Positions 37,607 through 46,414 of a DNA stretch of 64,000 nt are shown here, one piece after another. The notes beneath the pieces were generated by a model. The model saw only the letters and a list, made by a program, of their open reading frames with translations. It did no database searches and was not told the origin of the DNA. The stretch is taken from the NCBI GenBank assembly GCA_947478395.1, contig CANJVR010000005.1:1-64000 (forward strand). The letters are read 5' to 3'. The position numbers were made by a program, and so were the translations under genes. Numbering within the stretch: position 1 is the first letter of the stretch; each line of letters begins with the position of its first letter. This stretch comes from Opitutia bacterium. Lineage in GTDB: Bacteria; Verrucomicrobiota; Verrucomicrobiia; Opitutales; Opitutaceae.

Positions 37607-38623
37607 TCACACCATTTCCGCGCGCAGTCGCCCGGCGGTTTCCGCCCACGTCGGAAGCGCCCGTCCGGCTGCCTCGGCGCCCAAACGCGCCAGCCACGGA
37701 TCGTCGGTCAGTGCTTGCCGCAACGCGCGAGTCCACGCGGCGACGTCGTTGACCGGCACGGACACACATCCACCGCCATCCGCATTTTCGCGCAGCACGG
37801 GCAAGTCGCTGCACACGCAGGGCACGCCCATCCATAGTGATTCGAGCAACGGCAAACCGCAGCCTTCGGCCATGGTGGGAAACGCACTCGCCCGGACGCG
37901 CGCGTAAAGCTCCGCCAAGCGCGCATCGTTGGCGGCGGGATGATAATGCAATCCCGCAAATTTTCGCCGCAGCGATTTAACGCGCTGCAGAATCGGCGCG
38001 CCAAAATGCGGATTCACGCGGCCGACGAGATGCAGCTCGAATTTCAAGTCTTCGTTCCACAATACCTCTGCCGCATCAAGCAGCAGCGTTTGATTTTTGC
38101 GCGGCTCCAAAATACCCACGCATACGATGGCCGGAATTTTTCCGTTCGCCGGGGTGTGCACCCGCCGCGCACGGCCGTTAAAATCCGCACCCAAAGCCAG
38201 CACTTCGACCGGCGGGGTATTCGCCTGCTCCTGCCATTGCCAAAATCCAAGCAAATCGTCGCGGCTAGTTTCCGAGACGGCCCAGACGCGTTTAAACCCG
38301 GCGAGCAATTTCAAATAGCTCGGATGTCGCGCCACACTTTGCGGCCAGGTGATATGCGGAAAGCGCAGCGGGATGGCGTCGTGAAAAATCGCGGCCGTCT
38401 GGCACCGCTGCTCGGCGATAAATTCAGCGAAGCCAGGTCGTTCCTCGTGTGAAAACAATTCCGCCGTCAGAAACCAATCCGTCGATTTCACTGCCCGGTC
38501 CCAATCGGGCCAGCGCACCTGGGTTACCGCCGCGCCGAGTTCGTGTGCGAGCCGCTCGCTCACGCGCATCAGGCCCGACCGATGGCCCGCACCGCCCGTC
38601 TTGGTGACGTCGAAAAAAATCAT
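37607..38623 (-). CDS. GT4 glycosyltransferase, paralogue of 34967-36163
   Basis: SGLMRV, FHDAIP, VGILEPRKNQ, EGCGLPLLESL. Confidence 0.9.
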   Translation of the reverse strand: MIFFDVTKTGGAGHRSGLMRVSERLAHELGAAVTQVRWPDWDRAVKSTDWFLTAELFSHEERPGFAEFIAEQRCQTAAIFHDAIPLRFPHITWPQSVARHPSYLKLLAGFKRVWAVSETSRDDLLGFWQWQEQANTPPVEVLALGADFNGRARRVHTPANGKIPAIVCVGILEPRKNQTLLLDAAEVLWNEDLKFELHLVGRVNPHFGAPILQRVKSLRRKFAGLHYHPAANDARLAELYARVRASAFPTMAEGCGLPLLESLWMGVPCVCSDLPVLRENADGGGCVSVPVNDVAAWTRALRQALTDDPWLARLGAEAAGRALPTWAETAGRLRAEMV

Positions 38624-38694
38624 CGCCGACGATTGGTCACAAACTGGAGAAAAAAGCGATTCCCCTTCCACCCCATTTTTTGAACTTAAAATCC

Positions 38695-38807
38695 TGGCCA
38701 CGAAGAGGCGCGGAAATCCCCCATCCCTCCATCATAATCTCTCTCGCGCCAATCGATGCTCCCATGCTCGGCCGCAGCCATCGACTTTTGGGGCCTCTTA
38801 GTGGCCA
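38695..38807. repeat. Inverted repeat of the tggccac family (as 27432)
   Basis: tggccacgaagaggc ... gcctcttagtggcca, 14 of 15 positions complementary. Confidence 0.7.
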
Positions 38808-38836
38808 AAATCCCGGATTGAGTTTGCCCGCTTTGC

Positions 38837-40081
38837 TCATCCTTGCGGCCCGGTCCCGGTGCTTCGGGACATTTCCGCGATGGTCGCCTCAAATTTTCCT
38901 AACAAGACGCCGGCGTTTTTGTGGGCGTCGAAATTTTCCTGCACCCACAGCCGCGCCTTTGCCCGCAAGCGCTCCGCCAGCGCATCGTCGTTGGCGAGAC
39001 GCCGCAACGCCGCCACCCAAACCGCAGGCGCATCGGCCGGTGCGACCAAGCCGCTCACCCCGTCGGTGACGGCTTCGGTCGTTCCCGCCGTGGGCGAGGT
39101 GACCACTAGCACCCCGGCCGCCATCGCCTCCGGAATTACATTGGGCAAGCCATCGCGGTCGCCGCTCAACGCAATCACGCCCGTGTGCAGCAACACGTCG
39201 GCCCACGCCAGCTGCGTCCAGACCTCGTGCTGCGGCAGATGGCCGGTGAACGTGACATCCGCCGCCACGCCGAGATGACCCGCCAGTTGTTCCAACGCCG
39301 GACGGAGCGGGCCCTCGCCGACGATACGGGCGGAAAAAGGCACGCCGGCCGCACGGAGGGCCGCATAAATCCGCAGCTGGTGGTCGAGGCCTTTTTTTTC
39401 CACCAGTCGAGCGACGCAGACAAGATTGAGCGGCGCGCGCGATGCCCGTAGCGGCTTCACATTCGGCAGACGATCCAGCCCGCGCCGAATGCGAACAATT
39501 TTTTCGGCCGGCAATCCGTGCGCCACCAGCGCCGTGCGGCCCATCTCTGTCGACGTGTGCACGAACGCCGCATGCTGTAGCTTGTCCCTCAACCACCAAT
39601 CGCCGCCGTGCTCGAAAATATCGTACGCATGGGCCGCCGCGCTGAAACGATGCCCGTCGAGCCGCCAAAGCAGCCAGGCCGCAGTCGCCGGGGCCCCGCC
39701 CCACGCCGCGTGGATCAAAGCGGGTGGATTTTTGCGCAAGCTGCCGGAGAAGATGCAGGCGAATCCGGCGCCAAGCATGTTCTCCCAAAAATTGAGCCAC
39801 GACGGCGGCCGGCGCGTCAGCAAACCGTGCAGCAACTGCTTCAACACATCGGGCCGCCGCCACCCGGTGTACGGAATCATCCACCCCAGCGTGAGCAGCC
39901 GCCATTTATTAAAACGGGTGACCGGCAGGCCGCGAAAACTCCCGCCCCCGCCCCACAGCGAGAAGAGCCGCACCTCCACGCCGTGCGCCCGCATCGCGAT
40001 GATCTCCCGCTGCAAAAACGTTTCCGTGCTCTTGGGAAACGTGGTGAAAAGATAGGCGATGACGGGCTTGGGCGCGGACAA
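38837..40081 (-). CDS. GT4 glycosyltransferase, WcaL-like
   Basis: FPKSTETFLQREI, HAYDIF, VARLVEKKG, GDRDGLPNVIPEAMA. TTG start inferred. Confidence 0.9.
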   Translation of the reverse strand: MSAPKPVIAYLFTTFPKSTETFLQREIIAMRAHGVEVRLFSLWGGGGSFRGLPVTRFNKWRLLTLGWMIPYTGWRRPDVLKQLLHGLLTRRPPSWLNFWENMLGAGFACIFSGSLRKNPPALIHAAWGGAPATAAWLLWRLDGHRFSAAAHAYDIFEHGGDWWLRDKLQHAAFVHTSTEMGRTALVAHGLPAEKIVRIRRGLDRLPNVKPLRASRAPLNLVCVARLVEKKGLDHQLRIYAALRAAGVPFSARIVGEGPLRPALEQLAGHLGVAADVTFTGHLPQHEVWTQLAWADVLLHTGVIALSGDRDGLPNVIPEAMAAGVLVVTSPTAGTTEAVTDGVSGLVAPADAPAVWVAALRRLANDDALAERLRAKARLWVQENFDAHKNAGVLLGKFEATIAEMSRSTGTGPQG

Positions 40082-40197
40082 GATGAAGCAAGCTAGAGTC
40101 CTCCGCCCGCTCCGGCCAAGCCGATTGCGCAAAACGTGAAGCTAGCTCGAGATTTGACCTCGGAACTCCGCCGGGTTTTCGCTTTCCATACGTTGCC

Positions 40198-40854
40198 GTG
40201 AAAAAACACCCCTCCTCCTTCGGCCTGGCCTTGATCTTTTCCCTGGCGGCAGCGGCTTCCGCTCGCGCCGAAACCGCGCCCGCCAATCCCCTCTCCGAAC
40301 TCAAACCACCGGCTTCGGCAGTCACGGATAGCACCACCGCCCCGCGCCGGCCGCGGGTGATTTCGCCCGAAGTCGCTGCGTCGCTCGCCGCCGCGATGCC
40401 GAAATATGCTCCACCAAAGCCGGTGGAAAAAAAGGCCGAGGAAGCCCCGGCACCTGATTTGCGCGAGACCGACAAACCGAAAAACGAAATTCCGCGTCTG
40501 CCGACGGTCGTCGTGCGGGCCCAGCGCGATCCGATTTTCCGCGAACGCGACGTCAATACGCCCGAAAGCCTGGCAGCTATCGCGCGCAAACGCTACCTAA
40601 GTGAAATGGACGGCGGAGTGCTCAACCGTTGGAATCTTTTCGGCACTCGCAGCCTCCTGCAATCCGACGCCACCACCGGCCGCGCGCTTCAAATGTATGC
40701 CGACGAGGAGCGTTTAAAAAATATGGCCCAGCTCAGCGACGATGCCGGCCTCGTCAGCGCCCGTGACAAAGCCGACGGCGCGTACATCAAACGCGAGGCC
40801 CTCAAAATCAATCAACGCACGGACGACTTCGGCTGGAAAAATAACAACAAATAG
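40198..40854 (+). CDS. Secreted hypothetical protein
   Basis: Signal peptide (MKKH...AAAASARA), Pro/Ala-rich linker, IPRLPTVVVRA motif. Confidence 0.75.
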   Translation: MKKHPSSFGLALIFSLAAAASARAETAPANPLSELKPPASAVTDSTTAPRRPRVISPEVAASLAAAMPKYAPPKPVEKKAEEAPAPDLRETDKPKNEIPRLPTVVVRAQRDPIFRERDVNTPESLAAIARKRYLSEMDGGVLNRWNLFGTRSLLQSDATTGRALQMYADEERLKNMAQLSDDAGLVSARDKADGAYIKREALKINQRTDDFGWKNNNK

Positions 40855-40898
40855 CGGCGCGTCAGGCGTCGCTCGGCCGAGTAATCCCACCGACTGCC

Positions 40899-41432
40899 AT
40901 GTCCGCCGTCTCGAATCCTTCGCTCCCCTAGATACCGATTCTTACGATCCGCGGGCAACGCGTCATGCTCGATAGCGATCTCGCGCGGCTCTACGGAGTC
41001 CCGACGAAAGTTTTCAACCAAACCGTACGGCGAAACATCGATCGTTTTCCATCGGACTTTCGTTTGCAGCTGACGGACGACCAGCGGGCGAACTTGAGGT
41101 CACAAACTGTGACCTCAAAAAATTCCCGCCGCGGCCAGCATGGGAAATATCTCCCCTTCGTCTACACCGAGCACGGCGCGATCATGGCCGCCACGATTCT
41201 CCGTAGCTCGCGCGCCGTGGCCATGAGCGTCTATGTCGTCCGCGCGTTCGTTCAGATGCGCGACGCCCAGCTGACGAACGCCGTCGTCCTCAAGCGGCTG
41301 GCGCAGCTGGACAAGAAACTCTTGGAGCACGACGTCGTGCTGCAGGACGTCGTAGAAAAACTCCTCCCGCTCCTTAATCCACCCGTTCCGCCGCCAAAGC
41401 CCCGCATCGGTTTCCACCCGGGAAGTCTCTGA
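40899..41432 (+). pseudogene. ORF6N-domain DNA-binding protein with in-frame TAG at codon 11
   Basis: ATG 40899 reads MSAVSNPSLP*IPILTIRGQRVMLDSDLARLYGV. Also RNIDRFPSDF, YTEHGAIM, VVRAFV, RIGF. Confidence 0.7.
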
Positions 41433-41460
41433 GAGCGCGTCGAAAAAAGATAAGTCCGAA

Positions 41461-41552
41461 GGTAGGGCGGGTTATCCCTAAACCCGCCACTGCGACTCGG
41501 CTCACGGAGGGAGCGACGCCAAACCGGCGCGTTAAGGATAACACGCCCTACC
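41461..41552. repeat. REPIN/MITE-like element, family B, ~92 bp
   Basis: ggtagggcgggttatccctaaacccgcc...ggcgcgttaaggataacacgccctacc. Full-length inverted homologue at 51255-51344. Confidence 0.85.
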
Positions 41553-41583
41553 CATTTAAGCCGCCCCGGCCGTCGCCCCGTTC

Positions 41584-41880
41584 CTACCCAAGCAAGGCGC
41601 GGACGATCTGCTCCCACTCGGTCTTCAATTCCACATTCACATCCGGTATCGTCCGACCCGCCCTCGCATACCAATACCCGGCGTTGCCGAGGTCCCCTTC
41701 CTTGCGGTGCAAGTAGGCGTGGACCCACGCACCGCTGCGGCCCGGCTCTTTTTGCGCTGCCGCGTGAGCAGAATCCCACTCGCCCCGAGCTTCGAGCCAC
41801 AACGCGGCCAGCGCGCTACCGAGTGCCGCCGGGGGGTGGACCTCTCGCTGCAGCGATTCGCGAAATTCCTCAAATGACAT
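41584..41880 (-). CDS. Small conserved hypothetical protein
   Basis: WDSAH...AWVHAYLHRKEGDLGNAGYWYARAG, a motif I recognise from a widespread uncharacterised family. Confidence 0.8.
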   Translation of the reverse strand: MSFEEFRESLQREVHPPAALGSALAALWLEARGEWDSAHAAAQKEPGRSGAWVHAYLHRKEGDLGNAGYWYARAGRTIPDVNVELKTEWEQIVRALLG

Positions 41881-41977
41881 TTGCGCCACGCTGGGGTACG
41901 GCCCCAGATTTTCAACCCTTCAACCCATAACACTCGCCTTCGTTTCTCCGCCGCCGCCGCCGGTTCATTTCTCCAAC

Positions 41978-42973
41978 ATGTCGATTCCTGAACACGCCCT
42001 GCTCCGTGCCCTGCTCACGCAGGACGCCGGCTGGGTCTCGGGCGAAACCCTCGCGGAAAAATTCGGGGTCAGTCGCGTCGCCGTGTGGCAGCATTTTGAG
42101 AAGCTGAGGCAGGCCGGCTACACCCTCGAATCCCAACGCTCGAAGGGCTACCGCCTCGTCGCCCCGCCGAACGACGTGCATGCCCCGTTGATCGATCTGC
42201 TACTCAAGGTCAGGCCGCGTAACTTCACGTTTACCGTCCTCAACGAGGTCGACAGCACCAACAGCGAAGCCGTCCGGGAGCTCGCCGCGGATCGCGCGAC
42301 TCCCTTCGCTATCATCGCGCGCAGCCAGACCAAGGGTCGCGGTCGCTTCGGGCGCGCGTGGCACAGCGAGGCTAACGGCAATCTCTACATCACCTTCGCG
42401 TTTCGGCCCCGCCTGGAGCCCGCGCGCATGACGCCGTTCACGCTTTGGATGGGACTAAATCTCTGCGAGGTGATCGCCAATTTCACGCAACTCTCACCGG
42501 GACTGAAATGGCCGAACGATCTGCTTTTCAACGGACGCAAAGCGGGCGGCATTCTGACCGAGGCCCGCATCGACGCCGACCAGATCCGCGATCTCGTCTT
42601 TGGGGTCGGCGTTAACGTCAACAGTCCCGCGAAGAACTGGCCTTCCGATCTTGGAAAAAGCGCGGTCTCGCTCACCGAACTCACGGGTGCGCCCTTGGAT
42701 TTCAACCGGCTCACCGCGGCGATCATCGGCCGCATGCTACTCGCCTACGAGAAATTTACCGGGGGCGACTACCATGACAGTTTCGCGGATCTGTGGCACC
42801 GCTACGATGTGCTGCGCGGGAAGAACGTCACCGTGCTGGAGAGCAAAACCCGCCACACTGGCCTTGTAACCGGCGTCGATGATGAAGGTGCGCTGCTCAT
42901 GCGCGATGCCCGCGGTCGCACGCAACGTTTCCGGGCCGGTGAGGTCACAATTGAAAAATCGCCCGCGATCTAG
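41978..42973 (+). CDS. birA: Biotin-[acetyl-CoA-carboxylase] ligase with N-terminal HTH
   Basis: SGETLAEKFGVSRVAVW, DSTN, QTKGRGRFGRAW, KWPND, KAGGIL. Confidence 0.97.
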   Translation: MSIPEHALLRALLTQDAGWVSGETLAEKFGVSRVAVWQHFEKLRQAGYTLESQRSKGYRLVAPPNDVHAPLIDLLLKVRPRNFTFTVLNEVDSTNSEAVRELAADRATPFAIIARSQTKGRGRFGRAWHSEANGNLYITFAFRPRLEPARMTPFTLWMGLNLCEVIANFTQLSPGLKWPNDLLFNGRKAGGILTEARIDADQIRDLVFGVGVNVNSPAKNWPSDLGKSAVSLTELTGAPLDFNRLTAAIIGRMLLAYEKFTGGDYHDSFADLWHRYDVLRGKNVTVLESKTRHTGLVTGVDDEGALLMRDARGRTQRFRAGEVTIEKSPAI

Positions 42974-43023
42974 CGCCCGATTCCATTTCTTTCTCGAGCA
43001 ACTTTCTTCCTTTTCCTCACCGC

Positions 43024-44025
43024 ATGTCCGCCCCGCTGCCACCCGCCATCGAAGTTGTGCACTTGGTGAAATCCTACGCCGGCGCGGCCGCGGTCGCGGA
43101 TATCAGCTTCACGGTCGCGCGCGGCGAGATCATCGGCTTTCTCGGGCCCAACGGCGCGGGCAAGTCCACTACGATGCGCATCCTCACGGGTTATCTCCCG
43201 GCCAACTCCGGCACCGTGCGGATCTGCGGACATTCCGTCGCGGCCGAGACCGATGTGGTCAAACGCCTGATCGGCTACATGCCGGAAAATAATCCGCTGC
43301 CGGAGGACATGCGCGTCTCGGAATACCTTTACTTCCGAGGGCGACTCAAAGAAATCCCGCGCCGGAAGCTCGGCCCACGCATCGATGAAGTGCTCGAACT
43401 CTGCGATTTGAAACGGGTCCGACACAAAATCATCGGCCAGCTATCAAAGGGTTACCGCCAGCGCGTGGGCATCGCCGAGGCCATTCTCGCGGAGCCGCCG
43501 GTGATCATTATGGACGAGCCCACCATCGGCCTCGACCCGCATCAGATCCTCATCGTTCGCGATCTCATCGCCAGTCTGCGCGGACGCATGACGGTCATCA
43601 TCTCCTCCCATATTCTGCCCGAGATCGAAATGACCTGCGACCGCGTGCTGATCATCAACCGCGGCCGGGTCGTCGCTCAAGGCACGCCGGCCGAGTTGCG
43701 CCGTGAAATGTTCGGCCGCTCCACCTATAAAATCGAAGCGGCCGGGAACGTGGCCGAACTGCCGGCGCTGCTCGTCGCTCTCGAGCCGACGCTGACGATC
43801 TCGGCGCAGAGCGAGCCTGACGCTGCCGGTTTTTCGACGCTCACCCTCACGACTGAGCGGGCCGATGAACTGGGCGAACCACTGTTGCGCGGCCTGCTGG
43901 AAAAAAATTTCCGGGTGCGCGCGCTCAGCCGGAAGTATCCGACCCTCGAAGACGTTTTCCTCGCCGCCACCCGCCGAAGCTGGGATGCAGTGGCCGCGGC
44001 CCCGGTGCCGGGAAATTTAAAATAG
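43024..44025 (+). CDS. ABC transporter ATPase (GldA-like)
   Basis: GPNGAGKST, LSKGYRQR, MDEPTIGLDP, SSHILPE. Confidence 0.95.
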   Translation: MSAPLPPAIEVVHLVKSYAGAAAVADISFTVARGEIIGFLGPNGAGKSTTMRILTGYLPANSGTVRICGHSVAAETDVVKRLIGYMPENNPLPEDMRVSEYLYFRGRLKEIPRRKLGPRIDEVLELCDLKRVRHKIIGQLSKGYRQRVGIAEAILAEPPVIIMDEPTIGLDPHQILIVRDLIASLRGRMTVIISSHILPEIEMTCDRVLIINRGRVVAQGTPAELRREMFGRSTYKIEAAGNVAELPALLVALEPTLTISAQSEPDAAGFSTLTLTTERADELGEPLLRGLLEKNFRVRALSRKYPTLEDVFLAATRRSWDAVAAAPVPGNLK

Positions 44026-44049
44026 GCTCCAATCACTTCTCCTCCCCTC

Positions 44050-44811
44050 GTGAAACATTTCCCCACCCTCCTGAGCCATGAGTTGCGCATGCTGCTCGTC
44101 AGCCCGAGCACTTACATCGCGGGCACGGCATTTTTGTTTTTCATGGGTTTTATTTTCACGGGCATTCTCGAGAGCTACGCGAAAGCGGCCCAAGACGCGT
44201 CGCCCGCGACCGTCTTCTTCGATGTGTTCTGGCTGCCGGTTTTTTTCATCGTGCCGCTGCTTACCATGAAGTGCCTCGCCGAGGAACGGCGCTTGGGAAC
44301 AATCGAGACGCTGCTCACCACGCCGGTGACCACCACGGAGGTCGTCCTCGGAAAATACGCCGCGGCTTACGCCCTCTACGTCGCACTGTGGGGCGCGACC
44401 GGCGGCTTCTTTTATATCCTCCAGAAATTTTCGAGCGATCCCCGGCTCCTCGACCGCGGCCCGCTTTTCGGCGGCTACCTCTTCGTCGCAGTGTCGGGCT
44501 TGTTGTTTATCGCGGTTGGGGTGTTCGCGAGTTCCCTTTCGCGCAATCAGGCGGTCGCGGGGATTCTCGCGTTCATCATGCTCGCCGGTCTTATCATCGG
44601 CGGACGCTGGCTCGGCGAGGCGACTTTTCTGAATCGCGAGATCCTGGCGCCGGCCAAGGCCATCGTCGACTACGCGCAGATCTTTAACCACCGCGACGAT
44701 TTTACGCGTGGCGTGATCGATGCCCGTCACCTGTTATTTTACGCGAGCGGCACGGTGCTCGCGCTGATCTTCAGCATTCTCAGTGTCGAGGCGAAGTTGT
44801 TGCACAGCTAA
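44050..44811 (+). CDS. ABC-2 permease (GldF-like)
   Basis: PLLTM..LAEERRLGTIETLLTTP, SSLSRNQ, six TMs, GTG start. Confidence 0.92.
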   Translation: MKHFPTLLSHELRMLLVSPSTYIAGTAFLFFMGFIFTGILESYAKAAQDASPATVFFDVFWLPVFFIVPLLTMKCLAEERRLGTIETLLTTPVTTTEVVLGKYAAAYALYVALWGATGGFFYILQKFSSDPRLLDRGPLFGGYLFVAVSGLLFIAVGVFASSLSRNQAVAGILAFIMLAGLIIGGRWLGEATFLNREILAPAKAIVDYAQIFNHRDDFTRGVIDARHLLFYASGTVLALIFSILSVEAKLLHS

Positions 44812-44812
44812 A

Positions 44813-46345
44813 ATGTCCGCCCCATTTGACGCTTTCCGCACGGCGCGGTGGTTTCGCACCATCAACCTGCTGCTGCAGGCCCTCCTCGTTCTCACGCTCG
44901 TCGGCGGGCTTAACTACCTCGCGCGGAATCATCCGGTGCGCTTTGACCTGACGCGCCTTCGCCGTTTCTCGCTTTCGCCCGAAACGCTCTCGTACATCAG
45001 AAATCTCCGCCAACCAGTGCGCATCGTCGTTACGCAGAGCGCGGACGACAACGAGGCCCCCGAGCTGCGCGGCTTGCTGCAGGAATACAAAATCGCGACC
45101 GAAGCCAACCCCAACGCCCAGATCACGGTCGACTACATCGACGTGTATCAGGACCGGCGCAAAGCCGAGGAACTCGGTCTCAAACAACCGGGCGTCATCC
45201 GCCTGTTCTCGGGCGACCGGAGCCGGGCGCTGACGGTTAACGAACTCTACAAGACCCGTCGCATAGAGGACAAATCAACCAACCTCCCCGGCGCCACCAC
45301 CCTCGAACGTACGCACTTCCAAGGCGAACAGGCGCTCACTGGCGCCGTGCTCGATGTCTCCAGTCCCGATCGCAAAAAAATCTATTTCCTGTCAGGCCAC
45401 GGCGAACTGGACCCCGGCAGCACGGACCCAGCGAGAGGTCTCTCCGATGTTCGGGACCAGCTTCGCCTGCGCAACTTCGACGTCGATACCCTCGATCTTG
45501 CCGCTGCCCGCCAAGTACCGCTCGACGCCAGCTTGCTTATTATCACCCGTCCGCAAAGTCGCTACCGCCCCGCCGAACAGGAGCTCCTCCGCGAATATCT
45601 AGGCGCCCGAGCCGGACGCCTGCTGCTTTTTCTCGAGCCTGGATTGGAGGTCGGGGCGCTCGGTCTCGGTCTCGACGAACTGCTTTTCGACGACTGGGGC
45701 ATCATCGTCGACGACGATCTGATTTGGGATACCGGGTCCAACAACATCACGGAAGACGGCGAACTTCTGCTCTACTCGTTTCAGGATCATCCCGTCACAA
45801 AAGCGCTCATCACTTCTAACACCCCCCTTCGCCTCGGGCTCGCTCGCAGTGTCCACCCGAATCCTGCCCGCTCCGTCGGCAACGGACTGACCACGGTGAC
45901 TCTCGCCGCCACCTCCCCCGGCGCGTGGGGCGAGAAGGAATATCGGAAAGTCCCGTTTGCCTACAATCCGGGCATCGACTTCCGGCCGCTGCCCGGACTC
46001 GAACCGAAAGACCGGCTCGGCGTGATTGTCGCCGCGGAAAAAACCGCGGTTCGCCCCGGCCTTGCGTTCAGCGTGCGCGGCGGTCGCGTCGTCGCCTTCG
46101 GCACGGGGGATTTGATCGCCAATCAGCGCATCGCCGATGCCGGTAACCAAACCGTTTTCATCAGTGCCGTGAACTGGGCCGTCGACCGCGATACCCAGCT
46201 GAATATCCCCGCGCGCCCCATCGAGCGTTTTCAACTCGCGCTCAGTGCCGGCGAACTCGCGCGCCTGCGCTACGCCCTGCTTTTTGCCCTGCCCGGCCTC
46301 AGCGCGTTTCTCGGTATCATCGTCTACTGGACCCGCCGCCACTGA
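44813..46345 (+). CDS. GldG-family ABC auxiliary component
   Basis: N-terminal TM, DLT..RFSLS, IYFLSGHGE, NWAV, C-terminal TM ending WTRRH. Confidence 0.88.
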   Translation: MSAPFDAFRTARWFRTINLLLQALLVLTLVGGLNYLARNHPVRFDLTRLRRFSLSPETLSYIRNLRQPVRIVVTQSADDNEAPELRGLLQEYKIATEANPNAQITVDYIDVYQDRRKAEELGLKQPGVIRLFSGDRSRALTVNELYKTRRIEDKSTNLPGATTLERTHFQGEQALTGAVLDVSSPDRKKIYFLSGHGELDPGSTDPARGLSDVRDQLRLRNFDVDTLDLAAARQVPLDASLLIITRPQSRYRPAEQELLREYLGARAGRLLLFLEPGLEVGALGLGLDELLFDDWGIIVDDDLIWDTGSNNITEDGELLLYSFQDHPVTKALITSNTPLRLGLARSVHPNPARSVGNGLTTVTLAATSPGAWGEKEYRKVPFAYNPGIDFRPLPGLEPKDRLGVIVAAEKTAVRPGLAFSVRGGRVVAFGTGDLIANQRIADAGNQTVFISAVNWAVDRDTQLNIPARPIERFQLALSAGELARLRYALLFALPGLSAFLGIIVYWTRRH

Positions 46346-46414
46346 TTCAAGCTGGGGCGCGGTCTTGCCGCGCCCGCTTCACCCCGCACCCTCTTCCTGC
46401 CCTTCTCTCCCAAC

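Noticed and set aside
40899..41432. ORF6N gene as a prophage marker
   Set aside because: No integrase, structural or other phage genes are nearby, and solitary ORF6N genes are common.
43024..46345. Gliding motility system
   Set aside because: GldAFG-like transporters occur widely outside gliding bacteria, and no T9SS or motor genes are present here.
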